The notes under the pieces were generated by a model. It was not told the DNA's origin. It made no database searches and was given only the letters and a program-made list of their open reading frames with translations. The position numbers and the translations under genes were made by a program. Shown here piece by piece: positions 36,275-49,000 of a stretch of DNA of 64,000 nucleotides (position 1 is its first letter; every line of letters starts with the position of its first letter). This DNA comes from Macrostomum lignano (taxonomy: Eukaryota), in the NCBI GenBank assembly GCA_002269645.1, contig NIVC01000991.1, positions 327,304-391,303 on the forward strand, read 5' to 3'.

Positions 36275-36550
36275 CCTCCCAGATCCTCAGTTGCTCGGCA
36301 GCCTTCGAGAACCTCAGTTGCTGGGCAAGCCTCCCAGATCCCCAGTTGCTGGGCCAGCCTCCCAGAGTGTCAGTTGCTGGGCCAGCCTCCCTGAGTGTCA
36401 GTTGCTGGGCCAGCATCCCAGATCCCCAGTTGCTGGGCCAGCCTCCCAGAGTGTCAGTTGCTGGGCCAGCCTCCCAGATCCTCAGTTGCCGGGCCAGCCT
36501 CCCAGATCCTCAGTTGCCGGGCCAGCCTCCCACATTCTTGGTTGCCGGGC
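36275..36550. repeat. 28-bp minisatellite (CAGTTGCTGGGCCAGCCTCCCAGATCCT), same family as 40933-41690 but inverted
   Basis: Direct unit comparison. It lies between the convergent 3' ends of GOLGA4 and EHBP1-like c. Confidence 0.9.
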
Positions 36551-37080
36551 CGCACTGTTAGTTTCGCAGTTGACTGTTGACTGCCTGCGCCGCAGGCAAT
36601 ACAGTACAAATTAAAAAGTGAGAATTCCGACTATGCAGTATTTTATTTACAACGGGCTCAAAAAATCATTTCAAAATATTTCGTTTTTATTATAAAAAGT
36701 TGTAGACAGAAAAAATAGTTTTACTCTACAGGCAAACGAGTTGGTTCTGTCTGAATAATAACATTAACTGTAATAAGCTGTTAGTCACACAATGGAACAA
36801 GTTAACGGCAGAAAGCCTATGTGCGAAGAATGCAACAAAACGACAGGGAGAGATCAAAATGAGTCTAAGTTACCGGAATGTTAAACACTAAGGCCAAAAA
36901 CAAAAAATGTTTAACTATTTAACAGACTTGTCTACTCATATCTATGAGAATTCATTTTTCCAAGAAACGAAAGTCAAACTATCCCATATCCTAAGGACAG
37001 ATCCCAGCACGGTAAAATGAAATCGGTTGAACTGACACTGAATCACAGTTTAATACTTGTGCACGCGCCGACAATCGGCC

Positions 37081-40000
37081 TCACAGCAGGCTGCATGCCT
37101 GCCAACTGCCTTTACTAGCATCAACAACAGCATCGGCAGCAGCTGCCTGACAGATCGCCCTGGTGGCCATCTGCTGCTCAGTAGCCGAACGAATCTCCAA
37201 GCGATCCAGCTGAGCGAGCAGTCGGTCTCGCCTTTTCAATTCTCTGGCCAGCTCTCGCGACAGCTGCGGCTCCAGCGACTGGCATTGGCCTGAAATGCGT
37301 TTATTGGGTTTTAATGGTTGCTATAAGTCGGTGAGATGCTTAAACCGAGGGCGCCATCCGTCCCCTACAACCAGTGCTGATGGCAATTCTGTCCATTCCC
37401 ACTGACTCCTGAGTACATACAAGCACTCATTTTAGCGCCGCAGGCACTCATTTTAGCGCCGCAGGCACTCATTTTAGCGCCGCAGGCACTCATTTTAGCG
37501 CCCGCAGGCACTCATTTTAGCGCCCGCAGGCACTCATTTTAGCGCCCGCAGGCACTCATTTTAGCGCCCGCAGGCACTCATTTTAGCGCCCGCAGGCACT
37601 CATTTTAGCGCCCGCAGGCACTCATTTTAGCGCCCGCAGGCACTCATTTTAGCGCCCGCAGGCACTCATTTTAGCGCCGCAGGCACTCATTTTGACGCCG
37701 TAGGCACTCATTCTAGCGCAGCAGGCACTCATTTTGGCGCCTCAGGCACTCATTTTGGCGCCGCAGGCACTCATTTTGGCGCCGCAGGCACTCATTTTAG
37801 CGCCGCAAGCAGTCATTTTAGCGCCGCAGGCACTCATTTTAGCGCCGCAAGCACTCATTTTAGCGCCGCAAGCACTCATTTCGGCGCCGCAGGCACACAT
37901 TTTGGCGCCGCAGGCACTAATTTTAGCGCCGCAGGCACTCATTTTGGCGCCGCAGACGCTCATTTTAGCGCCACAGGCATACATTTTAGCGCCACAGGCA
38001 CACATTTTAGCGCCGCAGGCACTCATTTTGGCGCCGCAGACGCTCATTTTAGCGCCACAGGCACACATTTTAGCGCCACAGGCACACATTTTAGCGCCGC
38101 AGGCACTCATTTTGGCGCCGCAGACGCTCATTTTAGCGCCACAGGCACACATTTTAGCGCCGTAGGCACACATTTTAGCGCCACAGGCACTCATTTTAGC
38201 GCCAGAAGCACTCATTTTAGCGCCTCAGGCACTCATGCGGCGCTATCTTTCGTCGCCCTGAAGCAACGTTATTGATTTCCATAACGGGTCACAAGTCACA
38301 CAAGTCAAATGAATATGACCGCGCGCGGAATAGAACCAGGGGTCGTTAAGCGCGAGAGTCAGCCATGTTCGCCCTCCCCCGCATCACCTCGTCCTCACCT
38401 GCCTGCAGATGCCTGCGAATCCTTCGTTTTAGCGATTCCAACCGATTTAACTGTTGCAGTTCCCGCTGCATCAGCTCCAACTGTTGCCACCTGTTGTGCA
38501 GCAGCAGCCGGCGCATCAGCAGGCTGTACCAGTCGGCCAGCAGGCCTCGAACTCCGGTAGCCACCGCGCCAGAACCCGGCGCCGCAGATCTACTCAAACA
38601 GTCGCTCAGATCGGCGCACAACCGGTTCAAACAGCACCGCTCATCAACCAGTTCCTGTTGTCGACGGATCAACAGCTGCATAGCGGCGTCGGGGCTGCGA
38701 TCGACAATGTCAACAATTTCGACATCCTGCATGTCAGTCTGGTGGTGGTCAATCTGATCGCAGTGGGGACTACTCAAGGCGAGACAGTGCCTCAACTGTT
38801 GGAGAAAGTCAAGCACGGTAGGAACGTCGGGAGTTCGTCGGCTGATCAGTTCGGCTGGGTCCGGCAGTCTGGGTGGAAGGGATACGGAGAGGCACAATAA
38901 AATCGGTACCCAGGCCAAGAAGTCAATTTAGGTTATTTTACTGCCTGGGACTCTGAGGCGCTTCAATAGGGACTCTGGGGCTGAAGAGTCACTGAGTTGC
39001 GTCTGAATGAGTTGATTTTTTATGAATCAAAATCATATACTCAGAAAAATTGAAAAGCCGCCACTCTATGCGCCAGTGAGCAATATTTCTCTTGGACTAT
39101 TCTGAAATAAAAGACGCGAGAAAACTGGGTAGCTTTAATCCGTCCAACCCTTACACACCGCTCCCTTCACTTCATTCCTCAACTCAAGTCTGCCGCGGCG
39201 TAGTTAAGTTGCGTCACTCGCAAAGATTGAGAGACTTCACCTGCGCTCTCAAAATTGGCGTCCACAGACGGAATCTTCTGTGATGGCGACTTTTCCATGT
39301 TGCTGGGTAAATTTCGAAATACCAACTGGATTTGTTAGAAATTTGAGCGCTAGCAAGACTCTTAGACGACTTTCACGTAACGACAGCAGCTCACGTGACT
39401 CAACAGGCGCTTCTACAGTTGTAACCTTTTCAACGGGACAAGCAGTACGTCCTCACCTGGTCACCCCCAGCCGTCGAGCAGCCTCAGCAGCCATCAGATG
39501 GCACTGCAGCCAGCCAGAAGGCCCAGTCGCAGCCAGTTCAGCAGCCGCCCCATAGTCCAACAGCCCCGGCCTGTGCCGCTCAACAATAGCGCAGAAGGCC
39601 AGGCCGCTACGAAACGAGGTGCTGAGATTTTGTACAACAGCTCCGGGACAATTAGCTGTTGATTCCCTAGCCCAGGTGAACAATCGTTCCAGTTCTGACA
39701 TGTCTAAATCTGACAGACTTCTGTTGGCTTTGATCGTGACCGCCTTTGATTGATTTTCTGTCACCGTGTCAGACTGATCTACCGGTATTGATTGCGTCAA
39801 TAACAAGGCTAACGGGTTTTTTACAATGGAGTGTAGAGTGAGGCTGACTGATCCAGAATCGATCTGAAATTTGTTATAACTCAACTAAATTATCATAACT
39901 CATTTTCGCAGATTAGCTTTATAGCAACGAATTATTAACTGCAATTCAGCGTAGCATAGCAACAACACGGTACAAAATTAACATGGCAACAGCATAGCAA

Positions 40001-40882
40001 CAGCATAACAGCATAGCAACAGCATAGCAACAACATAACAACAGCGCAGCAACAGCATGGCAACAGCATGGCAACAGCATAACAGCATAGCAACAGCATA
40101 GCAACAGCACAGCAACAGCAGAGCAACAGCACAGCAACATCATAGCAACAGCACAGCAACATCATGGCAACAGCACAGCAACATCATAGCAACAGCACAG
40201 CAACATCATAGCAACAGCACAGCAAGATCATGGCAACAGCACAGCAACATCATAGCAACAGCAGAGCAACAGCACAGCAACATCATAGCAACAGCACAGC
40301 AACATCATGGCAACAGCATGAAAAAAGCATGAGAAAACACAGAAACAGCAAAGCAACCTTTTTAGCCATCCGCTCGCTAGGCACTAAATCCAATTGTAGC
40401 TCCAAACTCTTCTCAATGCCAGCTGGATCGATGAGATCTAGCGACGCCAGATCTAGCTGGCACCGGGCCAACGGTTTAATCCTAGTCGAACTGAGAACAG
40501 AAGACAGAGGAGACCTACGCAGAAGCCGCTGTCCATTCCCCTGACTGCAGCGATGCTCTTCAAGTGTGACCGTCACATTGGTTGCGGACAGAGAAGTCGG
40601 TTCAGAATCTCTAAGCAGCATCGAGCCTCTAAAACATTTCTTTGCCTTCGGAGTGGACAGAATGACAGTCTGTGGATTGCTAGACCAGTCAAGACGGCAG
40701 CGCCGAGGGTTGGACAGGCAGGCCGACCAGCTGCTTGGCTCTGTGCTAGCCGAGACGGTTGATGAAGTTGAAGATGAATCAGGAGATGAAGCTGACAGTG
40801 TCACACGAAGATTACCAGGGTTGAAGCCTGCTGCGCAGATTAACGAAGCTGACGAAATGCGGGCCTTGAGCTGCACTTCCGC
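37081..40882 (-). CDS. EHBP1: EHBP1-like paralogue c: NT-C2 + CH + bMERB + CaaX (CSLL); start exon not found
   Basis: Exons 40882-40358, 39863-39457, 38868-38399, 37289-37081. NT-C2: LICAAGFNPGNLRV, WSACLSNP, LARCQLDL. CH: LFTWARE...STSFRSGLAFCAIVERHRPGLLDY. bMERB: LLADWYSLL...L; ELKRRDRLLAQLD. Ends QACSLL*. Confidence 0.85.
37421..38235. repeat. 21-bp minisatellite (GCAGGCACTCATTTTAGCGCC), same family as the array inside the 11287-11803 element
   Basis: Reverse complement of the 11.4-kb unit. The flank GGCGCTAT..GTTATTGATT.CCA also matches. It lies in the last intron of EHBP1-like c. Confidence 0.92.
39965..40320. repeat. 11/22-bp CAA/CAG-rich repeat (CAGCAACATCATAGCAACAGCA)
   Basis: Intronic array between the NT-C2 and CH exons of paralogue c. 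It gives the MLLCCC ORFs. Confidence 0.88.
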
Positions 40883-40932
40883 CTGCAATAACGAAGAATT
40901 GGAGACTGGGAATACTCGACTTCTGCTTTTAC

Positions 40933-41690
40933 TGCTGGCCCAGCAACTGAGGATCTGGGAGGCTGGCCCAGCAACTGAGGATCTGGGAGGCTGGCCCAGC
41001 AACTGACACTCTGGGAGGCTGGCCCAGCAACTGAGGATCTGGGAGGCTGGCCCAGCAACTGGGGATCTGGGAGGCTGGCCCAGCAACTGGGGATCTGGGA
41101 GGCTGGCCCAGCAACTAGGGATTTGGGAGGCTGGCCCAGCAACTGGGGATCTGGGAGGCTGGCCCAGCAACTGGGGATCTGGGAGGCTGACCCAGCAACT
41201 GGGGATCTGGGAGGCTGGCCCAGCAACTGAGGATCTGGGAGGCTGGCCCAGCAACTGAGGATCTGGGAGGCTGGCCCAGCAAGTGACACTCTGGGAGGCT
41301 GGCCCAGCAACTGGGGATCTGGGAGGCTGGCCCAGCAACTGAGGGATCTGGGAGGCTGGCCCAGCAACTGAGGGATCTGGGAGGCTGGCCAAGCAACTGA
41401 GGATCTGGGAGGCTGGCCCAGCAACTGGTGATCCGGGAGGCTGGCCCAGCAACTGGGGATCTGGGAGGCTGGCCCAGCAACTGAGGGATCTGGGAGGCTG
41501 GCCAAGCAACTGAGGATCTGGGAGGCTTGCCCAGCAACTGGTGATCTGGGAGGCTGGCCCAGCAACTGAGGGATCTGGGAGGCTGGCACACCAACTGAGG
41601 ATCTGGGAGACTGGCCCAGCAACTGAGGATCTGGGAGGCTGGCCCAGCAACTGGGGATCTGGGAGGCTGGCCCAGCAACTGGGGATCAGA
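40933..41690. repeat. 28-bp minisatellite (GGGAGGCTGGCCCAGCAACTGAGGATCT)
   Basis: Tandem units between paralogues b and c. It produces the CWASLPDPQ ORFs. Confidence 0.93.
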
Positions 41691-41992
41691 CAGACAGACA
41701 CTAGAGGATGGGGGACAGGGGACACTTCAAAAACATCAGTGAACAAGATCAGATAAAGTACAACAGTACATGTATATGACTGTAAAATCCATTCAATATC
41801 AACGCTAAATCATTTTGAATTTTATTTACATAAGAAAGTCGTTCAAAATAAGAGATTTTTTAAGAAAGCGAACGCAAATGATGCAAAAAACAAAAAAGGG
41901 CCCCGATCGGTTATGAAAGACGAGATTATGAGATTATCAAAATGGGATTTTCTACTATAGAAAGTTCTCTCGCAATACTCAAGTTACTCAAG

Positions 41993-42941
41993 TCACAGAA
42001 CGGCACACGATGACCAGTCAATTTGAAGAGCCACAAGTGACTGAGTCCTAAAGTGAGATTGCGCTTCTAGTGAGTACACCACCAGGCAGTTGTCGCGTTG
42101 ATTGTCAAACTCTCCAGCATCCAGAATTACCCAGTCATCTTCATCGTCACTAAAGTTCACCCGCTGGCCTGAACCTCTTAGAGGCGCCTGTCTACCAAGT
42201 CGATCTCGCAGTTGGCGCAGAAATGCCCCAATTAGTGCAGGGCTTGGGATGCGATGAAGCACCAGATCTGCCGGATCGGGGACTCTGAAGTGTGTCAAAA
42301 GCATGGAAACCTACTATATTGTTTTACTTCTATATCAAGGCTTACGAGGGAATTGCTAAGGGGAGGCTTTAATTTTTCAAGGATTCCAATAAAAATTTTT
42401 CGTTCCCTTGCATTTTGCGAGTAACCAAATATCGACAACATCGAAAATGACGGCATCAGCTTCGCACCTGTCAACGCCCAGCTGTCTAGCGGCTGCAAAC
42501 GCCAAACGATGATTCTCACGCATGTCGTTAGTAAGAAAATTGTAATCAATTAGCCAAGGTGCAAATCTATTAATTATGGCGCAAAATGCCAGACCATTGC
42601 GAAACGAGGTATGCCGATTAGAGATCTGCACAAATCGATAGCCTTGGCTGCACTGCTGGCTCCAAGCCAGAAGGCTGTCCGTGAACTCGCTTTCTAGAGG
42701 AGAAGCTTGAAAGTTAGCGATCGAGTCTGGGCTGGATGGAAGTGGCTCAACAACTTGACTGAGACTGCTCACTGATGATGACGGATGCTGCGGCTCGGGC
42801 CGTGGCAAGTTTAGTTCAGACGCAACAGTCGGACAGTGCAATCGGAGAAGCAGGGACAGGCTTGCGAATGCTACCTGTTGCACAGGTTTTAATTGGAATT
42901 ATAGGATAGGCTTAGATACCGGCTGGAGTCCCTAAAGAAAC

Positions 42942-43040
<99 letters not shown>

Positions 43041-43045
43041 CCTCT

Positions 43046-43094
<49 letters not shown>

Positions 43095-43113
43095 CATCTA
43101 TCTATCTACCTCT

Positions 43114-43184
<71 letters not shown>

Positions 43185-43189
43185 CCTCT

Positions 43190-43246
<57 letters not shown>

Positions 43247-43275
43247 CATCTATCTATCTGTCTATCTATCTATCC

Positions 43276-43335
<60 letters not shown>

Positions 43336-43950
43336 GTCTATTTATCTATCCAAAGTGAAAACTATCAAAGACGAACATTTTCCTCATCCTAAACTTGGCT
43401 TATTAATTCTAACTTTACCTCATATTACGCTCTAACCTAACTGCTTTACCTTTTTAGACTTGCTCCGAAGCTGCAGCTCTGCAAGCCATTGATTTCCATC
43501 ATTGACAGCCCGAGCAATGCCCGCCAGTTCAAGGATCTTTACCGATCTACTAGCAATAATCTTGCACTCTGCGGTGCTAGCCAAGCTTCTAGTAGCAGCA
43601 GATTCTAACAGGGCAAATTTCCACAAATCAGACGGGACGCAAGAGAAGACGAATGCGACGGAGGAGTCGCCGCAGTCCGCGGCAGTGCCGCAGAAGCGAC
43701 GGGCGTTGGCGGAATTCGCCGATAAACTCCAACACTGCGGCTCCGTGCGGTGAAGCCAACGACACCCTTTGCCTTTGCGCAGCGACTTCCTTAACAGACG
43801 ATCAAGAACGCCACTGCCGTCAGGTTTTCTGATTGTTGCAGCATCGTTTGGAACAGCAACTGCCGACAACTCACGGAGAGGACGCTTTGACTTCGGAGGG
43901 GACTCAACTGAGAAGCACGCAAAGCTGACGATGAGCTGCTGCTGCTGCAT
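41993..43950 (-). CDS. EHBP1-like paralogue b: NT-C2 + CH + CaaX (CAVL), no bMERB, 399 aa
   Basis: Exons 43950-43450 (ATG), 42874-42468, 42284-41993. NT-C2 strands [30 protein letters not shown]|[10 protein letters not shown]: LLAWSQQ...[24 protein letters not shown]|[15 protein letters not shown]. Ends SSCAVL*. AATAAA near 41825. Confidence 0.82.
42942..43350. repeat. (TCTA)n microsatellite with CCTCTT interruptions
   Basis: Fills intron 1 of paralogue b. Confidence 0.95.
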
Positions 43951-44186
43951 AGCTGCAGAAACAAGAAAAGTTAAGAGTATTATAAATTGTTTTCATCAGA
44001 TTGCTTTTGTCTGAGCTCAGCTAACTAAATTGTCTTTCCAGACAGGCCAATCCGCTCCCAGACAAAAGAGCTTACACGAGATTCGCTTTCATAAGCTCGA
44101 AGTCTCTATCCGACCTTCGGGTCCTTTGAAACTCCACAATGGCAATCCGGCACGCTCAAAGTCTGTCTCTTTGATCTCAGCTCTCT

Positions 44187-44189
<3 letters not shown>

Positions 44190-44249
<60 letters not shown>

Positions 44250-44900
44250 TTTTTCTCTCCTCTCCTTTTGTCTCTCGTCTATCTTTCCTTGGGTATTTTT
44301 CCTCTTTCCTCTTGTCTTCTCTCTTGTCGCCTCTCTTGCCTTTCCTTTCTGCTCTAATCTTTAATCTTTCGTCTCCTCTTTCTTTTCTATTTTCTCTAAT
44401 CTCTCGTCTCCTCTTTCTTCTCTAATCTTTCGTCTCCTCTTTCTTTTCTATTTTCTCTAATCTCTCGTCTCCTCTTTCTTTTCTATCGTCTCTAATCTCT
44501 AATCTCTCGTCTCCTCTTTCTTTTCTATCGTCTCTAATCTCTAATCTCTCGTCTCCTCTTTCTTTTCTATCGTCTCTAATCTCTAATCTCTCGTCTCCTC
44601 TTTCTTTTCTATCGTCTCTAATCTCTAATCTCTCGTCTCCTCTTTCTTTTCTATTTTCTCTAATCTCTCGTCTCCTCTTTCTTTTCTATCGTCTCTAATC
44701 TCTAATCTCTCGTCTCCTCTGTCTTTTCTATCGTCTCTAATCTCTAATCTCTCGTCTCCTCTTTCTTTTCTATCGTCTCTAATCTCTAATCTCTCGTCTC
44801 CTCTTTCTTTTCAATCGTCTCTAATCTTTAATCTCTCGTCTCCTCTTTCTTTTCTATCGTCTCTAATCTCTAATCTCTCGTCTCCTCTTTCTTCTCCTCT
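44190..44900. repeat. (CT)n microsatellite followed by a ~35-41-bp pyrimidine-rich minisatellite (TCTCTAATCTCTCGTCTCCTCTTTCTTTTCTATCG)
   Basis: Directly visible. Confidence 0.88.
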
Positions 44901-45483
44901 CTACTCGATTACTTCTCCTTTACTATCTCATCTCTTATGGAATATGAATTAAAAAAACGCTGTTTATTGTATACACGAAATCAGATTGACATTTTTGCAG
45001 CTTTCTTTTCTGCCTTGGGTTGTGGGATATCGAAGCTTCACATTCTAGCCAAAGAAAAACTTTATTAAACTTTAAGTCAGTTGTTGACAGAGAATTTCTG
45101 AACTATTGTGTTGCGAGACCATCAGTGTCAGGATGGTCTAGGCGTTGCTGATGTATCCTAATGTATCATCTGCATCCACCTAAAACAACTTCAATTAGCT
45201 ACAAAATTGTTATAGCTAGACAAATAACAAAACACACGAGATAAGAGGATCAATCTAGGTTTTTTCCGCGTGTTTCTATATATTAATAAAAAAATATTAA
45301 AACCCACACACTGTGATTGTTATGTTGTAAAAGAAGTACAGCCAAAAAATAATCGATAAAATTTGGTAAAATTCGGAAATTTGGTAAAAAACACAGCTGA
45401 AAGTAGATTTTGTTTGAAAAAAGTGAGATTGTGTTTTTGGAAGATACGAAATCTTCTCTAATCTCTAATCTTGTAATTTGTTA

Positions 45484-45646
45484 GCACTCGGCAACATGTT
45501 AAAACTTCCAACCCTAAAACCAATGATCAATAATAATAACAATGACAATAATAGATTAAATCGGCTCAAATGGCCAGCGTGCAACCGACAGCTCGATCCT
45601 CACCAGCTTTAGACTTTAGTGGAAACTTTAACATGTTGCCGAATGC
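45484..45646. mobile_element. 163-bp miniature inverted-repeat element
   Basis: 27-bp TIRs GCACTCGGCAACATGTTAAAACTTCCA / TGGAAACTTTAACATGTTGCCGAATGC with 3 mismatches. No TSD seen. Confidence 0.5.
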
Positions 45647-46005
45647 AGGATTTCAGGAATGTACTTTTAGATATTGTATAGATAAACAGCAGTAGATGCA
45701 ATAAAAAAACAATCCTGCTTGCGTAAATTGGTTCAATTTTGACGCTTCAATAAAACTGTATAAAAAATCGCATTTGTACACTATAATCTTGTTTGCCTGA
45801 AAGTCAGATATAAGAACTGAAAAAATTAGGTTTTTTCGCTATAAATTTGGTTTGTTTCGCGAGCATAAAAATTCAAACTCCAACTTTGTCCTCTGTGTGG
45901 CATTCTTCACTTTAGCCATTAGCCTTTCTGCCATGGCATATTCTTAACTTGATTGGCTTAGTTTTAAAACCCACACGTAGGAGGAACGTTAGAAAAAGCA
46001 AATTC

Positions 46006-49000
46006 CTACATAACACAGCAAGCCGATGCAGCATTTTTAGCAGTCGACTTGTCTGCATCGCTGACCGAGTCAGACTGCATCAGCTGCTCGAGCTGTTCAG
46101 CATCAACAAACTCCCAGTCCAGTTCCCAATCGGCATCCGATACAGAAGCGCCGGAGGCTTTGAAAAAGTCGCGAAGACGATGCAACAGTTGCACATTTTT
46201 CTGGTCTGTACCGATAGAATTCGAAAGCGACTGATGTGTCGAACGTGTCGCTGTAGTGGCGCCGGACTCAGCAGCAGATTGCCTGCGCAGAGTATTTGAA
46301 TAACTATAAACGAATAGCTTCAAACGAATTAATAATAACAATACAGTAATTGATTACACCTGGCGCAATCGGGCTATTGCGCGGCGCATCTGAAGGCTGC
46401 GTACGGCTGTTCAGTCCAAGGACTGGGGGATGTCGCCAGTCGCCACAAACTCTCAATTACCCCAGTGGGTCCAGTAGGTCGAGAATCGAACCTCCGACCT
46501 CTCAGTCGTGGGTCCGACGCTCTAACCACTAGGGAGTAAGACGTTTGCTTGCGGGAAGTTTGCTTGCGGAATTTTGATGTCTGCTTCCTAGAAACTCGCA
46601 ATCACAATTGCAAGATTTTAACTTGCCGAATTATTTTCTTGTCTGCTTGCTTGTTTTGATTGCTTGTGAAGTTAGTCAGTCAATTATTACTTACTACAGA
46701 TGCTTTGCAAGTGGATTCTTATCAGCGTCGACGTAAACTGACTTGACACTAAGCTTTCAAACTAGGCTTATAGAGTTTCATTCTAAGAATTTAGTATATA
46801 GAAATGATGTACATTAATGTACAATGTACGTTCATTTCCAAAAAATCTATTCTGTACACTTCGGTGCCTAAATCATTCGATATGTGCATTGTTCGAAATT
46901 GTGTCCAATTTTTGTTGAAAATGTATTCCCAGTAAAAAACTCAATTATTCCATTTCTGCATTAGGAGGGCTTTTCAAATCCGTCATATCCTCATACAAAA
47001 TCATAACACTATAGGCGACTTCCACGAATCTTAGAAAATAAAAATTAGAAATACAAGAGCTCAATAATAGGTTCTTTAAGGTTCCGCAAGAAAACTGTGG
47101 CTGGCAAACCTCGGCAAGCAAAATTTCTGCAAGCAAATTTCGGCAAGCAAACTTCGGCAAGCAAACTTCGGCAAGCAAACTTCGGCAAGCAAAGTTCGGC
47201 AAGCAAATTTCGGCAAGCAAACTTCGGCCAGCAAAGTTCGGCAAGCAAACTTCGGCAAGCAAACTTCGGCAAGCAAACTTCGGCCAGCAAACTTCGGCAA
47301 GCAAATTTCGGCAAGCAAATTTCGGCAAGCAAAGTTCGGCAGGCAAAGTTCGGCAAGCAAAGTTCGGCAAGCAAACTTCGGCAAGCAAAGTTCGGCAAGC
47401 AAAAGTCCCGCAAGCAAAGTTCGGCAAGCAAAGTTCGGCAAGCAAAGTTCGGCAAGCAAAAGTCCCGCAAGCATGGTTGAAGGTTAAGTCTACCGAATGG
47501 AGCATAATTGTTACACAAACTCATTAGTAACTGTTAGTGACCACTCTCACCGTTCAATGCCGAGAACATTAGCGGCCTCCATCACCATAGCAAACCTGCG
47601 AGCGTTGCCTCCAGTCCCGATGACAGCTCGAAGATCAATTAGATCCGGTCTGTGCTTGTGAATGATGGCGCACAGAACCACACCGTCGCGAAATCCCGCA
47701 ACAGCCCAGTCTGAATTGCACACCAGCGGATAGCTTTTCAGCGCCTCCTTCGTCCACGAAATAAGACTGTCAGTGAGTTCCGGGAATTGTTGGCGCGACT
47801 CTTGGTGAGAAACAACAGCAGGCATTTGATTCGGCAAATGGCTCCTGGAACTTCTAGCGAGAAGCGACTGCAGCTGAAGCGTATCATTTATATTTACTCG
47901 TGTCCTAGCGATATCGCGCAATGCTTCATTTGACTTCAGCGAATCCAGCCTCAGCTCTGATTGATTACCCGACTCAGGAATCGAAGTAGTACTACTCAAA
48001 ATAGAGAGATTAAACTGTTTGTCATCGTTTGTAGTTTGGCAACTTTGCAAACCGGTCACTGCAACTGGGTCCTCGGCAGCTGCATCAACTAGAGACTTCT
48101 GCAAGCCGGTCACTGCAACTGGGTCCTCGGCAGCTGCATCAACTAGAGACTTCTGCAAGCCGGTCACTGCAACTGGGTCCTCGGCAGCTGCATCAACTAG
48201 AGACTTCTGCAAGCCGGTCACTGCAACTGGGTCCTCGGCAGCTGCATCAACTAGAGACTTCTGCAAGCCGGTCACTGCAACTGGGTCCTCGGCAGCTGCA
48301 TCAACTAGAGACTTCTGCAAACCGGTCACTGCAACTGGGTCCTCGGCAGCTGCATCAACTAGAGACTTCTGCAAACTGGTCACTGCAACTGGGTCCTCAG
48401 CAGCTGCACCAACTAGAGACTTCTGCAAACCGGTCACTGCAACTGGGTCCTCGGTAGCTGCACCAACCAGAGGCTTCTGCAAGCCGCTCTCTGCAACTGG
48501 GTCCTCAGAAGTTGCACCAACCAGAGGCTGAGCACCTTGAGTACCCTGAATCAAGGCATCCTTGTCTGACGACAGCTCTGCTAACGTTTGAGAAGTATTT
48601 GATTGGTTCGTAGCGAGGGCCTGCGCTTTGGAAAAACACGGCGAAGTTACTGGTTCATCAGAGCCACCACCACCAACATCGGAGTCGTTTAGTTGCTGAT
48701 TTGGCCTTAGAAATCCTTCATCAGGATTTTTAATCCCGATTGTATAGACGGTTAGCGACACACTTGCAGCAGTTAGTTGTAATGTGGGTAAAAAGTGAAT
48801 GAGTGAAAAAGGTATTTGTTATAGCCACTCTAATACTACTTACAAGTAGGAAGCTACACTTCCAAATAGTGCAACCCTAATTACATAGAGTTCGGAAAAA
48901 CTCCACTGACCAGTCTAGGATCGGTGGGCGTCAGACTGTAAGTCGCTAATTCAGAAACTCTCTGCTCAATTAGGTCAGAGCTGACAAACTCAGCCAAGTT

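Noticed and set aside
38310-38395. tRNA-like B-box (GGTTCTATTCC) after the bMERB exon donor
   Set aside because: There is no convincing A-box or acceptor stem, so it is at most a decayed SINE remnant.
46945-47030. Possible EHBP1 exon RFVEVAYSVMILYEDM
   Set aside because: It runs into a stop without a donor and lies inside a transposon-like element. The 46282 exon supplies the proper CH tail.
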